Assembly: GCA_040391235.1 (NCBI GenBank)
Contig: JBEBYG010000016.1
Span: 1,977-65,976, forward strand
Source of the DNA: Cryomorpha ignava
Lineage (GTDB): Bacteria; Bacteroidota; Bacteroidia; Flavobacteriales_F; PHOS-HE28
Reading direction: 5' to 3'
Length of the DNA stretch: 64,000 nucleotides
Shown here: positions 1 through 10,261 of the stretch, one piece after another
Layout of the letters: the number at the start of each line of letters is the position of its first letter
How positions within the stretch are numbered: position 1 is the first letter of the stretch
Translations under genes and position numbers: made by a program
The notes under the pieces: model-generated
What the model was told of the DNA's origin: nothing
The model's input: the letters and a program-made list of their open reading frames with translations, nothing else
Database searches by the model: none

Positions 1-55
1 AGTTTTACTTAACCCTAAGTAAAAAAGACGTGACCGACCCGGGCCACGGATATGG

Positions 56-559
56 ATGCCGGAACGAACAGCCTCAAAAGTGCACCTACTCGAACGCGCT
101 ATCCGATTGGCAGCCAAGGTCCATCAAGGCCAAGTCGGGCGATTTGGAGAGCCGTTCATTCTGCACATCCTGCGCGTGATAACGCACGGAAAAGATGATG
201 ACGAGCGGCTGCTGGGTGCCCTTCACGATGTGCTGGAGCGGTCCGACCACACGGTGGAAACGCTGCGCAAGAAAGGCTTTCCCGATCAGGTACTGATAGC
301 GCTCACCCACATCAGCCGTGTGAAAGATGAGGATTACGATGGTTACATCGAACGCGTTGCGAAGAACCCCTTGGCCACTCGGGTGAAGGTGCACGACCTG
401 GCCGACAAGATGGACCTGCGCGACGCGGGCCAGTTGAACGAGGCCGACCTGAAGCGCTACAACAAACAGCTCGCTGCATACGAGCATCTGCACCGACTCG
501 CCACCATCATTCATGCGGAAGCCACGTTGCGAGAGCTCGGAGAAATACCGAAACGATAA
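56..559 (+). CDS. Small HD-domain phosphohydrolase (RelA/SpoT-type HD, (p)ppGpp hydrolase-like)
   Basis: Translation carries 'HLLERAIRLAAKVHQGQ...GEPFILHIL' with the H..H / HD motif typical of the RelA/SpoT N-terminal HD hydrolase domain. Complete 167-aa ORF. Confidence 0.55.
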   Translation: MPERTASKVHLLERAIRLAAKVHQGQVGRFGEPFILHILRVITHGKDDDERLLGALHDVLERSDHTVETLRKKGFPDQVLIALTHISRVKDEDYDGYIERVAKNPLATRVKVHDLADKMDLRDAGQLNEADLKRYNKQLAAYEHLHRLATIIHAEATLRELGEIPKR

Positions 560-752
560 GAGTTGGAACGTGCCAGCGCAGCATGGCTTTGTGCCTTCTG
601 GCGGCTGCTGGTCCATCAATATTCACACAAATGGCACCCATACTTGAAGCCGCTAATTAGAGCGCGATGATGGCTCTGCATACGAAAATTCACCGATACC
701 GGCAGGTAATGATGACCGCCTACTGAACGTGCATCCGTGGCTCCTCTGCAGA

Positions 753-1953
753 TCAAGAGCCGAGCGCCTGCGGGAACCCGAAGTAGAGGAACGCCACCAC
801 CGCGGCCACAAGACCCACCATGAAGAGGAGATAAGTAGCCCGGAGGTAGTTGTACTTAGCGCTCAGTACGCCTCCAAGGTGGTATAGGTCGCGCGTAAGG
901 CTTGCGTAGAGGAAGTCCCGGTCATTGATCACCTCGTTGATACCCCACTGGAAATCCTCCACCTTCATTCTGTGGAAGTTGCCGAAGAACAGCAGATTCG
1001 CTGTTCGGTCCTGAACGGATTCCTTGGAAGTGATACCCCGAGTGACCTTGGGCCAGGTGGCCAGCGTAGCAGTGATGATCGAGAGCACGCTGGAGACGAG
1101 CAATATTCCGGTGGGCCAAGCATGCGCTGGGTTGAAACCGCCAGCGGCGTGCTTCGAGATCAGCAAGGTGATGATCAGTGCGTTCACCGTGAGCATCAGG
1201 TGTGCCTTGTTGTCGGCGATCCGGCTGAGGCGTATATGGTTGTTCAAGGTGACCCGGAAGAGCGTTTCAGTCCCCCTTTCCGTGCCTTTGAATTTCGCCT
1301 GCTCCGCCTTGGCTGCATCTTTTTCTCTTTTGGCGGCCCTATCGTGCTCCTGCTTGCTCTTCAGTGTAGGCAGTTGCAGCCGCAACGTGGCCAAGTTTTT
1401 CCGCCTCCCGGCCTCCCACTGTTCCTTGCCCGTAGCGGACATGAACTCGCTTCGCTCCAGCAAGGCGATGTTCTGCACCGCCCAGTCCCGCTTGGTATAT
1501 GCCCTACCCGAGAAGCCCTTCAATTCCGTACGCAACGCCTCGGCGAGTTGCAAATAGTCTTCCGAGGCAATATGTGAGATGTCCGCGTCCCGTATCAGGC
1601 GCTCCAGTGCATTTCCCGGCTTCCGCGCCGGATCGGTGGCCAGCACCAGGTCGCGCACCAGTGCAATGATGGCCAAATCGGCACCTTCCTTCTGCAAGAA
1701 CTCTGTGGCGAATGCAGCTCCCCGCTCCTCATGTCCTGCCGTGCCGAGGTGATAGGCCGCATCGTGGAACCATGCAGCGAGCAGCAGGGCCGTCCGTTCC
1801 TCTTCCGTCACCCCTTCCCCTTGGGCCAGCAGCCCGCATGCCAGTGCCACTTGTGCCGCATGTTCCGCATTGTGGTAGGTGATGGTGGCCGGAAAATGCG
1901 CTGCCATGGATGCACGCACGAACTGCTCCGCTTTCTCGACGAGGTCCATCATG
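753..1953 (-). CDS. HD-domain phosphohydrolase fused to a C-terminal 2-TM domain (Pycsar/SLATT-like effector domain candidate)
   Basis: The N-terminus has HD motifs 'YHNAEHAAQVA' and 'WFHDAAYH'. A Lys/Glu-rich linker follows. The C-terminus has two predicted TM helices ('HLMLTVNALIITLLIS', 'ILLVSSVLSIITATLATW') and a final hydrophobic helix. The start was moved to the internal ATG pair at 1950-1953 because the ORF-track start (2030) overlaps the upstream cyclase by 77 nt. With this start the gene abuts the cyclase stop (1954-1956). Confidence 0.6.
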
Positions 1954-3153
1954 TCATGTAAGTTGCAAGGTTGATGCGGCCTTCCCGCTACGCCGCCGAA
2001 GGTCCGGTAGATCACCTTTGGTGCATTCAATGGCGATCACATCCACAAGGGTCTGCTTGCCCTTCAACTGTAGCTTACCGATGTCCTCCGCCTTTAGGTC
2101 CGGGTGGTTCTCCAAGTGGCATAGTTCCAAGAGGGTCCGGGAAACCAGCAAGCTGCGCTGGTGCTCGTTGCAGAGGCCTTGGATCCGCGATGCGGTATTG
2201 ATCGTATCCCCATGATAGGCGACCTCCCGCCGAATGTCTCCCACTTCCACGGCCACCACGTCGCCCAAATGCAACCCCGCCTTGAACTCCGGCAACACGC
2301 CGTAGCGGCCTATGTAGTGCTTGGCCCGTGCTTGGATGGCCTCACGTACGGCGAAGAAGAGCAACAGACAGTCCGTAGCATCCTTCAACCCCAGGGCGTT
2401 CCAGGTCAGTACAACCTCATCCCCCACATGCTGGAACACCTCGGCGCGATATCGCGGAACAACTGAATCCGTATCGTGAAAGAGATCCCGGACCATGGCG
2501 CTATAGGCATCCGGGCCTAAGCGTTCGGCATGGGCGGTTGAATCACGCAGGTCCATGAACATGAACACCCGCTTCTCGCATACCGGCTTTCGATAGCGGC
2601 CCGTGATCATGGCGGCCAACAACCCCGGCCCGAAGCTCCGGTTCACCTGTTTGATGAAGGAAATGAGGAAGTTGCCCGTAACGGTGGTGGGTGCGAGGGT
2701 GATCAGGATGGCGATCCGGCCCGTGCTCGTGGGGTCCAAATTGATGGGACCAAAACGAAAGGATACGAGCATCTTGCCCAAGACGAGCAGGCCCGCCAAG
2801 GCAATCACAATATAGGCGACCGAATACAGCAGGCCCTTCCCAAGGATGCGCATCCCCAAGGAAATACGGGGCCGGAACCGGCCTTCGAGGAAGCGGTCGA
2901 TCATTCCGAGTAAAGTTCCATAGAGGATGGAAATGACCATGACAAGCGCCCAGATGAACGCGAACGAAGGCAATACCAACTGGGGGGACGTGAGGGCGGC
3001 TGCCTTGAGGACCAAATAGCCTGAAACGAGAAATACCGTGTTGAGCGCCATCCAGAACACCACTTGGATGAGCACCGCTGACAGAAGCGGCCATTGGTAT
3101 GCGAACCGGAGGGAGCGCGTGCCATAGCGTGCAGGGTTCTGGGGTAATTCCAT
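1954..3153 (-). CDS. Membrane-anchored class III adenylate/guanylate cyclase
   Basis: The C-terminal ~190 aa carry class III cyclase motifs ('FMFMDLRDSTAHAE', 'HVGDEVVLTW', 'YHGDTINTASRIQ'). The N-terminus has about 6 hydrophobic helices. The start was set at 'MELPQ' (ATG at 3151-3153). The extra 86 aa in the track ORF are low-complexity and probably not coding. Confidence 0.7.
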   Translation of the reverse strand: MELPQNPARYGTRSLRFAYQWPLLSAVLIQVVFWMALNTVFLVSGYLVLKAAALTSPQLVLPSFAFIWALVMVISILYGTLLGMIDRFLEGRFRPRISLGMRILGKGLLYSVAYIVIALAGLLVLGKMLVSFRFGPINLDPTSTGRIAILITLAPTTVTGNFLISFIKQVNRSFGPGLLAAMITGRYRKPVCEKRVFMFMDLRDSTAHAERLGPDAYSAMVRDLFHDTDSVVPRYRAEVFQHVGDEVVLTWNALGLKDATDCLLLFFAVREAIQARAKHYIGRYGVLPEFKAGLHLGDVVAVEVGDIRREVAYHGDTINTASRIQGLCNEHQRSLLVSRTLLELCHLENHPDLKAEDIGKLQLKGKQTLVDVIAIECTKGDLPDLRRRSGKAASTLQLT

Positions 3154-3495
3154 GATGGACGGCCAAACGCTGTCTTCCTCAACTGAACACCCCAAGGCAC
3201 CCAATGGTGCTTGCCGTAAGTCCAGATCATCCAAGGCCAACTGCGATCTGGTTGCAGGATCACCACCGAGGTTACGCAGCCAACGGCTGAAAGGAGACTT
3301 AGAAAGACCCGGATCCGGAGGGCAGACGGACGCCCCCTTCAGCCAGCATCCATAACCGGCCAATGCGATGGAAAGAAGAGAAGTCCTAGCTTGGGGGAGT
3401 GCGCTAGGCACTCCTCTTTATCATGCGATCGTCAAACGCGCGTAGCACCTATCCGAAGGCCCAAAACGCCCTTTGATCCTCATTATCTTTGAGTA

Positions 3496-4320
3496 ATGAA
3501 GACCAAGAACGTATTGATCTGGTTCCTTTTGGCACTGTTGGTGCCAAGCGGGGTGCAGGCCCAAGGCGGTGCTTCGGTGTATCGTGTGGACCCTAAGGTG
3601 GATGGTGCCGTCATTTTAGGCACGGGTGCCCTCACCTATATATCCATACAGCAAGCGTCCCGGCAGGCTGCGCTGGACGAAGAAAGCGTGCTTGCATTGA
3701 GCACTTCATCCGTGTCATCCTTCGACCGCATCGCCTTGCACTTGAATTTGAACGAACAGCAAAATGCTTTGGACAGGAGCGATTTACTGCTCCGCGTTTC
3801 CATGGCGGCGCCTGTTCTGCTGGGTTTGGATAAACGAGTGCGCCAGGAGTGGAAGCCCTTGGTGGCGATGTATGTCGAATCCATGCTGGTGAACTGCTCC
3901 GTACAAGGCTGGACGTCCAATAATGCAGGTCGCTTCCGCCCTATCACCTATGTACCCGAGGCGGCCATGGACCTGCGGACCGACCCCGCCAACCGCAACT
4001 CCTTCTTCAGTGGCCATACTTCCACGGTGGCCACCTCCACCTTCTTTATGGCCAAGGTGATGAACGACCTACACCCTGAACTGGGGGGTAAGCGCTGGTT
4101 GCTTTACGGCGCGGCCGCGGTACCTACCGCGCTTACGGGCTACTACCGGGTGAAGGCGGCCAAGCACTTTCCCTCGGATGTATTGGTGGGAGCTAGCTTC
4201 GGTGCCTTGGTGGGCGTGCTCATTCCTGAGCTGCATAAGCGTCGCTTACCCGGTGGACTTTCCGTGGGGCCCTTTGCAAATGATGAAGCAGTGGGGATGG
4301 TGATGGGCGTGCAGTGGTAA
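3496..4320 (+). CDS. PAP2-family phosphatase, secreted or membrane-associated
   Basis: N-terminal signal peptide ('MKTKNVLIWFLLALLVPSGVQAQ'). PAP2 motifs 'SGHTS' and 'HFPSDVLVGA' are present. Confidence 0.7.
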   Translation: MKTKNVLIWFLLALLVPSGVQAQGGASVYRVDPKVDGAVILGTGALTYISIQQASRQAALDEESVLALSTSSVSSFDRIALHLNLNEQQNALDRSDLLLRVSMAAPVLLGLDKRVRQEWKPLVAMYVESMLVNCSVQGWTSNNAGRFRPITYVPEAAMDLRTDPANRNSFFSGHTSTVATSTFFMAKVMNDLHPELGGKRWLLYGAAAVPTALTGYYRVKAAKHFPSDVLVGASFGALVGVLIPELHKRRLPGGLSVGPFANDEAVGMVMGVQW

Positions 4321-4386
4321 AGCTGCACCTGTGGCAATTAGTAGCCGGAAGGACTAGATAGCAGGAAGCTGCCGACCGATCACCCT

Positions 4387-5529
4387 TTACCGCAGCACCT
4401 CCCGGCTGATCACCAGCTTCTGGATCTCCGAGGTCCCTTCACCGATGGTGCAAAGCTTGCTGTCCCGGTAGAACTTCTCCACTGGATAATCCTTGGTGTA
4501 TCCGTAGCCTCCGAAGATCTGCACGGCTTCCGTGCTGGCGTAAACGCTCACCTCGCTGGCGTAATACTTGGCCATTGCGCTTTCCTTGGTCATGCGCTGG
4601 CCTTTGTTCTTCATATCCGAAGCCTGCTGAATGAGCAGCTCCGATGCTTCGATTCGCGTGGCCATATCAGCGAGCTTGAAGCTGATGGCCTGGAACTCCG
4701 AGATGGGTTTGCCGAACTGGTGCCGCTCCTTGGAGTAGTTCACGCTGGCAGCCAGTGCCCCCTTGGCGATACCCAGTGAAAGTGCAGCAATGCTGATCCT
4801 TCCGCCGTCGAGCACCTTCATGGCCTGCTGGAACCCCTGCCCTACTTCACCGAGCACGTTCTCCTCCGGAATGCGGCAATTCTCAAAGATCACCTCGGCG
4901 GTCTCGCTCGCACGCATACCGAGCTTATTCTCCTTTTTACCACCCTTCATTCCGGGTGTTCCGCGCTCCACCACGAAGGCGGTCATGCCTTTGCTGTCCA
5001 AGAGTTCGCCGGTGCGGGCGATCACCACCACCACATCGCTGCTGATGCCATGTGTGATCCAGCTCTTGGTGCCGTTGAGTACCCACTCCTTCCCTTCTTT
5101 TTTGGCGGTGGTAGCCATGCGCATGGCATCGCTGCCTGTGCCAGCCTCGGTGAGCGCCCAAGCGCCGAGCCATTCGCCGGTGGCGAGTTTGGTGAGCCAG
5201 CGCTTCTTCTGTTCGTCGTTGCCGAAGTACATGATGTGGCCGGTGCAAAGCGAGTTGTGTGCTGCCACACTGAGGCCGATGCTGCCACAGACGCGTGCTA
5301 CTTCCACGATGGTGTCCACGTATTCATGGTAACCAAGGCCCGCTCCACCGTATTCCTCCGGCACCAGTACGCCCAGCATACCGGCAGGGCCAAAGTGCTT
5401 CTTGAAGAGATCGATCGGCATGTGCTGGCTCTCGTCCCATTCCATCAGGTTGGGTCGTACTTCGCGTTCAACGAGGTCGCGCACGGCCTGTGCGATCATC
5501 TGCCGGTTCTCGGTAGTGCTGAATTCCAT
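4387..5529 (-). CDS. Acyl-CoA dehydrogenase
   Basis: 380 aa with conserved ACAD regions ('GAWALTEAGTGSD', 'YYASEVSV', 'QIFGGYGY') and typical length. Confidence 0.9.
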   Translation of the reverse strand: MEFSTTENRQMIAQAVRDLVEREVRPNLMEWDESQHMPIDLFKKHFGPAGMLGVLVPEEYGGAGLGYHEYVDTIVEVARVCGSIGLSVAAHNSLCTGHIMYFGNDEQKKRWLTKLATGEWLGAWALTEAGTGSDAMRMATTAKKEGKEWVLNGTKSWITHGISSDVVVVIARTGELLDSKGMTAFVVERGTPGMKGGKKENKLGMRASETAEVIFENCRIPEENVLGEVGQGFQQAMKVLDGGRISIAALSLGIAKGALAASVNYSKERHQFGKPISEFQAISFKLADMATRIEASELLIQQASDMKNKGQRMTKESAMAKYYASEVSVYASTEAVQIFGGYGYTKDYPVEKFYRDSKLCTIGEGTSEIQKLVISREVLR

Positions 5530-5702
5530 GTGTGGTGATAAGGCCCGTCGACTGAAATTAAGATGAGCATGAATGCCGCACGGGGCCGCAAATTAAACCC
5601 GATCCTCTTTAACGGTAGGATCTCCGCTCGACATTGACCTCTGGCCCGGGTGATGAAGCGGGGAAGTAAAAGAGTTAGGGAGCGTGGTAAGCGGGCCCCA
5701 TT

Positions 5703-6671
5703 TCATTTCTCCAATGTGAGATAGGGAGCCAGCCGCTGGTGGATGCTATCCGTCACCAGCGCACAATTGGTGATGGCCGCCACGTCCGCGAACGGTCCAT
5801 GATGATCTCGATAGGCGATCAGTGCCTTGGCGACTTTCCAATCGATATAGGGATGGGGGGCCAGTTCTTCCACAGTACAACTGTTCAAGTGGATCCGCCT
5901 CATCAAGGCCGGGTCCACGGTCAGCTTCTCCTTCAAGCGCTCTACCGCTTCAGGTTTGTCGCGCAGGATGTAGACCTCGCTGAGCTGGTCCAAGCTGACA
6001 AAGCCACCAAGCCGGTCGCGGTATTTGATGATGCTTCGCGCGAATGCCGGGCCGATCCCCCTTACCGCGACCAAGGCCGTTGAATCCGCACCGTTGATCT
6101 CCACGGAAAGATCCTTTTCGCGTTCTGCGTAGTGCGGTCGATCTCCGGAAGCCCAACGACCGGTGTCGCGGGGCCACTGGTTTTGGCCCGCATAGGTTCC
6201 TCCTTGTTTTCGGGGAAGGGAGTCCGGCAGCTGGATGTACGGTTCCCATTGCTCAAAGAGGTGCGGATCCACCACCCGCATTTTTGCGAGATCCTTCTTG
6301 GTGCGGAATTTTCCACCGCGCTCCTCATAGCGATGAAGCGCTGCTGCTTGTTTCTCGCTCAAGCCGAGATCAACCCATTGATCCACGGGCAATCCATTGG
6401 GATCGAACTTGAAGAGCCGGATGTCGTCCATGCCCTTGTCCTTTAGGCGTTGACCATCCGCAGTGGTGTCCTGCAGATTCCACCAGACCATTTCCAGGTG
6501 CTGCTTGTCCATCATCCTCCGGGGCCGGATCCATTGCTCCCAAGTGACCCATGCCGCCGCGATCAAACAGAGCGAAAGTAGCGCCGCAAAGCTCAGTCGC
6601 TCCCCCTTGTCCATGGCAAAGAGGTCCTTCAACTCTTCTCTCCATGGTCGGGTCCGGCGACGACGTGCCAT
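5703..6671 (-). CDS. ComEA-like helix-hairpin-helix DNA-binding protein
   Basis: Tandem HhH motifs ('LVAVRGIGPAFARSII', 'LNSCTVEELAPHPYIDWKVAKALIAYR'). N-terminal TM segment. Confidence 0.55.
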   Translation of the reverse strand: MARRRRTRPWREELKDLFAMDKGERLSFAALLSLCLIAAAWVTWEQWIRPRRMMDKQHLEMVWWNLQDTTADGQRLKDKGMDDIRLFKFDPNGLPVDQWVDLGLSEKQAAALHRYEERGGKFRTKKDLAKMRVVDPHLFEQWEPYIQLPDSLPRKQGGTYAGQNQWPRDTGRWASGDRPHYAEREKDLSVEINGADSTALVAVRGIGPAFARSIIKYRDRLGGFVSLDQLSEVYILRDKPEAVERLKEKLTVDPALMRRIHLNSCTVEELAPHPYIDWKVAKALIAYRDHHGPFADVAAITNCALVTDSIHQRLAPYLTLEK

Positions 6672-6680
6672 GTTGCTGGT

Positions 6681-7583
6681 CTAAGGTTCGAGCTGGGCGC
6701 GAAGCACCGCGAGCCCATCTTCAAAACCATGTGGTGCATAGCCCAGATCGCGGCGGGCCTTGTCCAAGATGAAACCGGTGACCGGTGGGCGCTTGGCCGG
6801 TTGCCCCAAAGTATGGCTCTTGATCGGCGTGACCACCTCGGTCCCTAGGCCGAAGAAGTCTCCTGTGCGCTGCACGAGCTCCAGGATGCTCATCCCGTCC
6901 GGGCCGCTGAGGTGATAGATCCCGGTGGCCCCTTTTTCCGCGATGCGGATGCAGCCATCGGCCAAGTCCTCAGCTAAGGTGGGCATTCGCCATTGGTCGT
7001 CCACTACGTTTATCGGGCTGCCCTTCTCCAAGGCACCCTTTGCCCAGAGGACCACATTGCTGCGGCTCAGGCCTTCGGCGATCCCATACACGATAATGGT
7101 GCGTGCGATGGCCCACTTCTTCAAGCCTGCTTCTTGCACGATACGCTCACCATCCAGCTTGCTATGTCCATAGATGCTCAACGGCGCCGGAGCATCTTCC
7201 TCGCGATACGGCCCATTTGCACCATCGAACACGAAATCCGTGCTGAGGAAGATGAAGTGGCTATTGTGGCGCTTGGCCGCTTCCACCAAGTATTCCGTCG
7301 CGGTCACGTTCTGGAGTTTGCAAGCTGCCGGGTCCAGTTCGCAGCTGTCCACATTGGTCATGGCTGCGGTGTGAATGATCACCTCCGGGCGGAAGGCATC
7401 GATCACGGCGTCCACTTCAGCCTTGTGGGTAATATCCATGGACCGATATCGTTCGCCCAACAGATCGGCGGTGCGATCCCCGCCTCGAGAGGTGGCCAGA
7501 AGGTCCATTGCTGGATCGTTCCGCAGGGCGGCGACAAGCTTTTGCCCCAACAGGCCATTGCTTCCAGTGATCAGGATCCTCAT
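6681..7583 (-). CDS. rfbD: dTDP-4-dehydrorhamnose reductase-like SDR (RmlD/RfbD family)
   Basis: The 'MRILITGSNGLLGQ' Rossmann N-terminus, ~300 aa length and overall RmlD-like layout. Confidence 0.6.
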   Translation of the reverse strand: MRILITGSNGLLGQKLVAALRNDPAMDLLATSRGGDRTADLLGERYRSMDITHKAEVDAVIDAFRPEVIIHTAAMTNVDSCELDPAACKLQNVTATEYLVEAAKRHNSHFIFLSTDFVFDGANGPYREEDAPAPLSIYGHSKLDGERIVQEAGLKKWAIARTIIVYGIAEGLSRSNVVLWAKGALEKGSPINVVDDQWRMPTLAEDLADGCIRIAEKGATGIYHLSGPDGMSILELVQRTGDFFGLGTEVVTPIKSHTLGQPAKRPPVTGFILDKARRDLGYAPHGFEDGLAVLRAQLEP

Positions 7584-7696
7584 GCAGGCGAAGCTAAGCG
7601 AGGGAGTGGAATTACGGTTGTCCTATGCGGATCGTCCGATGTCTTATGCGTGAGTGCGCATCGGACATGGGACATTGGACAAAGCCGCGCCTCCGG

Positions 7697-7936
7697 CTAC
7701 TCCTTCGGCTTCTTCTCCGGCATCGGCCCACGCAGGTGGATCACCAGGCCGTTCAGGAAATTCCGGAGTACTTGGTCCCCTGCTTCCTTGTAATTCGGAT
7801 GGTCTTCCGTGCGGAAGAAGGCACCGAGTTCCGAGGTGGTCATGTGGAAATCCACCAAGGCCATGATCTTCACGATGTCCGTATCGCGCAGCTTCAAGGC
7901 CACCCGGAGTTTCTTCAGGATATCGTTATTGGTCAT
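7697..7936 (-). CDS. DUF1456 (YehS-like) family protein
   Basis: 79-aa ORF with duplicated 'ILKKLRVALKL.D.DI' and 'VLRNFLNGL' halves, as in DUF1456. Confidence 0.5.
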   Translation of the reverse strand: MTNNDILKKLRVALKLRDTDIVKIMALVDFHMTTSELGAFFRTEDHPNYKEAGDQVLRNFLNGLVIHLRGPMPEKKPKE

Positions 7937-7948
7937 CGGGCAAAGAGG

Positions 7949-8179
7949 TCAAATTTCCCAAACGGTGCTCCGCTTGGCGAGGGGCCGCTTGATCCGGTCC
8001 TTGTGCTTCAGCACGAAGGCCATTACCAGATAGGCTACCACGTTCAAGCCGGCGGTCACGAAGCTTAAGTAGATGAAGCTCAACCGCACCTGCTCCGTCT
8101 TGATGTTGAGCTTGTGGGCCCACCATTCACAAACGCCGTACGCTTGGCGTTCGAAGTAGGTTTTGACGGTGTCGATCAT
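7949..8179 (-). CDS. PspC-domain membrane protein
   Basis: 'MIDTVKTYFERQAYGVC...RLSFIYLSFVTAGLNVVAYLVMAF' matches the PspC domain pattern. Start set at the internal ATG (8177-8179). Confidence 0.55.
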   Translation of the reverse strand: MIDTVKTYFERQAYGVCEWWAHKLNIKTEQVRLSFIYLSFVTAGLNVVAYLVMAFVLKHKDRIKRPLAKRSTVWEI

Positions 8180-8377
8180 TGTGCTTCTGGCCCCGGTTCC
8201 CGGGATTGAACGCGGCAATTTACACAACGAGGTTGCAGTGGCCCGATTTTTTTTCATCCTCTTCACAGCTTCCGGCAACTGAATGGACATATACGGACCC
8301 CCTACTTTTCCGTCGCAGGAATGAACGTCCGAACAAGTCGCGTGTAGGAAGGGGCATCAACATCCTACCCCGCTACC

Positions 8378-10261
8378 ATGCGCAGTCTTTCCCTCTCCCT
8401 CCTTTTCATCGGGATCACCTTGAGCTCCCTTGCTCAATCCCTCAGCGGCAACCTGAACACCGGCAGTGCCATGAACGCGTTGGGCTATGGGAACGTGGAC
8501 ATCTACCGCGGCGATGACCTGGTCGCTTCGGTGCTCACCGACCGCTGGGGCAACTTCCATGTGCGCTTGGATACCGGCATGTATAAGTGCGTGGTGAGCT
8601 ACGACGGCTATGAGCCCTCCACCCGGATGGTGAAAGTGAAGGCGGACGAGAAGATGGACTTTTCCGTGGTGGAGGACGCGAGCCGGCCCGCTCCCAAGCG
8701 CCGCCCCGCAGCCGGTAAGGAAGAACGTGGCAGTGAACGAACGATGGATCATGCACTCTATGAGGCCTCCATGTACAGTGATAGGTCTCCCATCCTTGCT
8801 GAACCGGCCATGGGATATGGGGGCATGCTGGGCCGTGGGCGGGGTGACAGAAGCGTTGGCCACGGCCGATTGACCGCTGGCGAAGTGAACGATTTTTCCA
8901 AATGGACCCAATGGGAAGACCTGTCGGCCACTGTCCTGAGCGCGATGCGGAACCAGTGGTCGATCGCTCCGAACGGGCGGTATACGCTGGATCTGCAGAC
9001 CAAGAGCGGACTCCCCATCGCCGATGCCGTGGTGCATTTGAAGCGGAAGGATGGCACCAAGATCTTCAGCGCACGCACCGACAACACCGGCAAGGCGGAG
9101 CTCTGGGTGACATTGAATGCACGGGACAGCCTGACCAACGAGCGGATGATGCTGGAGGTGGTGCATCAGGGACGCCTGTTCCGTGTGGATCATGCGACAC
9201 CTTTCACGCAGGGCGTGAACCGCTTGGCGATCGATATTCCGTGCGGCCCGAGCGACAACGTGGACGTAGCCTTCGTGGTGGATGCCACCGGTTCCATGCA
9301 GGATGAGCTGGACTTTTTGCGGGCTGAGATGAACGACATCATCTTCCGCAGCAAGCGGATCGGGGATCGGCTCAACTTCCGTTTTGCGAACGTGTTCTAC
9401 CGGGATCTGGGCAGCAACGAAGAATACCTCACGCGCAGCATGGACTTCACCCGGGTGCTTTCCGCAGCGGTGAACTTCATCTCCGACCAGCGGGCCGATG
9501 GCGGGGGCGACACGCCCGAAGCGGTGGATGCGGCCTTGGATTCGGCCATCAACAAGCTGAGCTGGAGCCCTGATGCGCGTGCACGGATCATTTTCCTGGT
9601 GCTGGATGCTGGCCCGCACCCCGGTACGGAGGAAAAAATGCAGAAGCTGATCCGGCAAGCCGCTGCCAAGGGCATCCGCATCATTACCGTAGGGGCCAGT
9701 GGCATCGACAAGGCGACGGAATACCTGATGCGCACGCTGGCCTTGGGCACCAATGGCACCTACACTTTCCTCACCGATCACAGTGGCGTGGGCAACCCGC
9801 ACATGGCACCGACCACCGACAGCTACGATGTGGAGAGCCTGAACAACTTACTGGTGCGGGTGCTGAAGAGCTTCACCTATATGCCCGATTGCCAGCAACA
9901 GATCCCCGAGCTGGAGCTGAATTATCCGGATTCGATCGTGGCCCTCACCGACCCACTTCAATCGGACTCCCTCGCAACGGACACCGTGGCAACGACCGGT
10001 ATCCCGGCGGATACGCTCAACATCCGCTGGAGCTACTATCCGAACCCGACCACGGGGATCGTGCACATCACGGCGGATATGGCCATTCCGGAGTTGTACA
10101 TCACCGACCTCAGCGGAAAGGTCCTGCAACTGGTGAAAGGATTGAAGGCTGATGAACCGGTGCAGGTCGACCTCGGGAGCTATGCCACCGGCATCTATTT
10201 GATCCGCTATCCATACGGCAGTACTTGGTTGAGCGGACGGGTGGTTTTGCAACGGAGTTAA
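8378..10261 (+). CDS. Secreted vWA-domain protein with T9SS (type A) C-terminal sorting domain
   Basis: Signal peptide. vWA MIDAS motif 'VDATGSMQDEL'. The C-terminal ~80 aa ('WSYYPNPTTGIVHI...GIYLIRY...VVLQRS') resemble the Por/T9SS CTD. Confidence 0.7.
   Translation: MRSLSLSLLFIGITLSSLAQSLSGNLNTGSAMNALGYGNVDIYRGDDLVASVLTDRWGNFHVRLDTGMYKCVVSYDGYEPSTRMVKVKADEKMDFSVVEDASRPAPKRRPAAGKEERGSERTMDHALYEASMYSDRSPILAEPAMGYGGMLGRGRGDRSVGHGRLTAGEVNDFSKWTQWEDLSATVLSAMRNQWSIAPNGRYTLDLQTKSGLPIADAVVHLKRKDGTKIFSARTDNTGKAELWVTLNARDSLTNERMMLEVVHQGRLFRVDHATPFTQGVNRLAIDIPCGPSDNVDVAFVVDATGSMQDELDFLRAEMNDIIFRSKRIGDRLNFRFANVFYRDLGSNEEYLTRSMDFTRVLSAAVNFISDQRADGGGDTPEAVDAALDSAINKLSWSPDARARIIFLVLDAGPHPGTEEKMQKLIRQAAAKGIRIITVGASGIDKATEYLMRTLALGTNGTYTFLTDHSGVGNPHMAPTTDSYDVESLNNLLVRVLKSFTYMPDCQQQIPELELNYPDSIVALTDPLQSDSLATDTVATTGIPADTLNIRWSYYPNPTTGIVHITADMAIPELYITDLSGKVLQLVKGLKADEPVQVDLGSYATGIYLIRYPYGSTWLSGRVVLQRS

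Noticed and set aside
3154-3411. N-terminal 86-aa extension of the cyclase ORF
   Set aside because: Low-complexity sequence upstream of a good internal ATG that precedes the first TM helix. It is likely non-coding 5' region.
8357-9802. 481-aa minus-strand ORF
   Set aside because: Antisense to the well-supported vWA/T9SS gene. Low-complexity His/Arg/Gly-rich translation.
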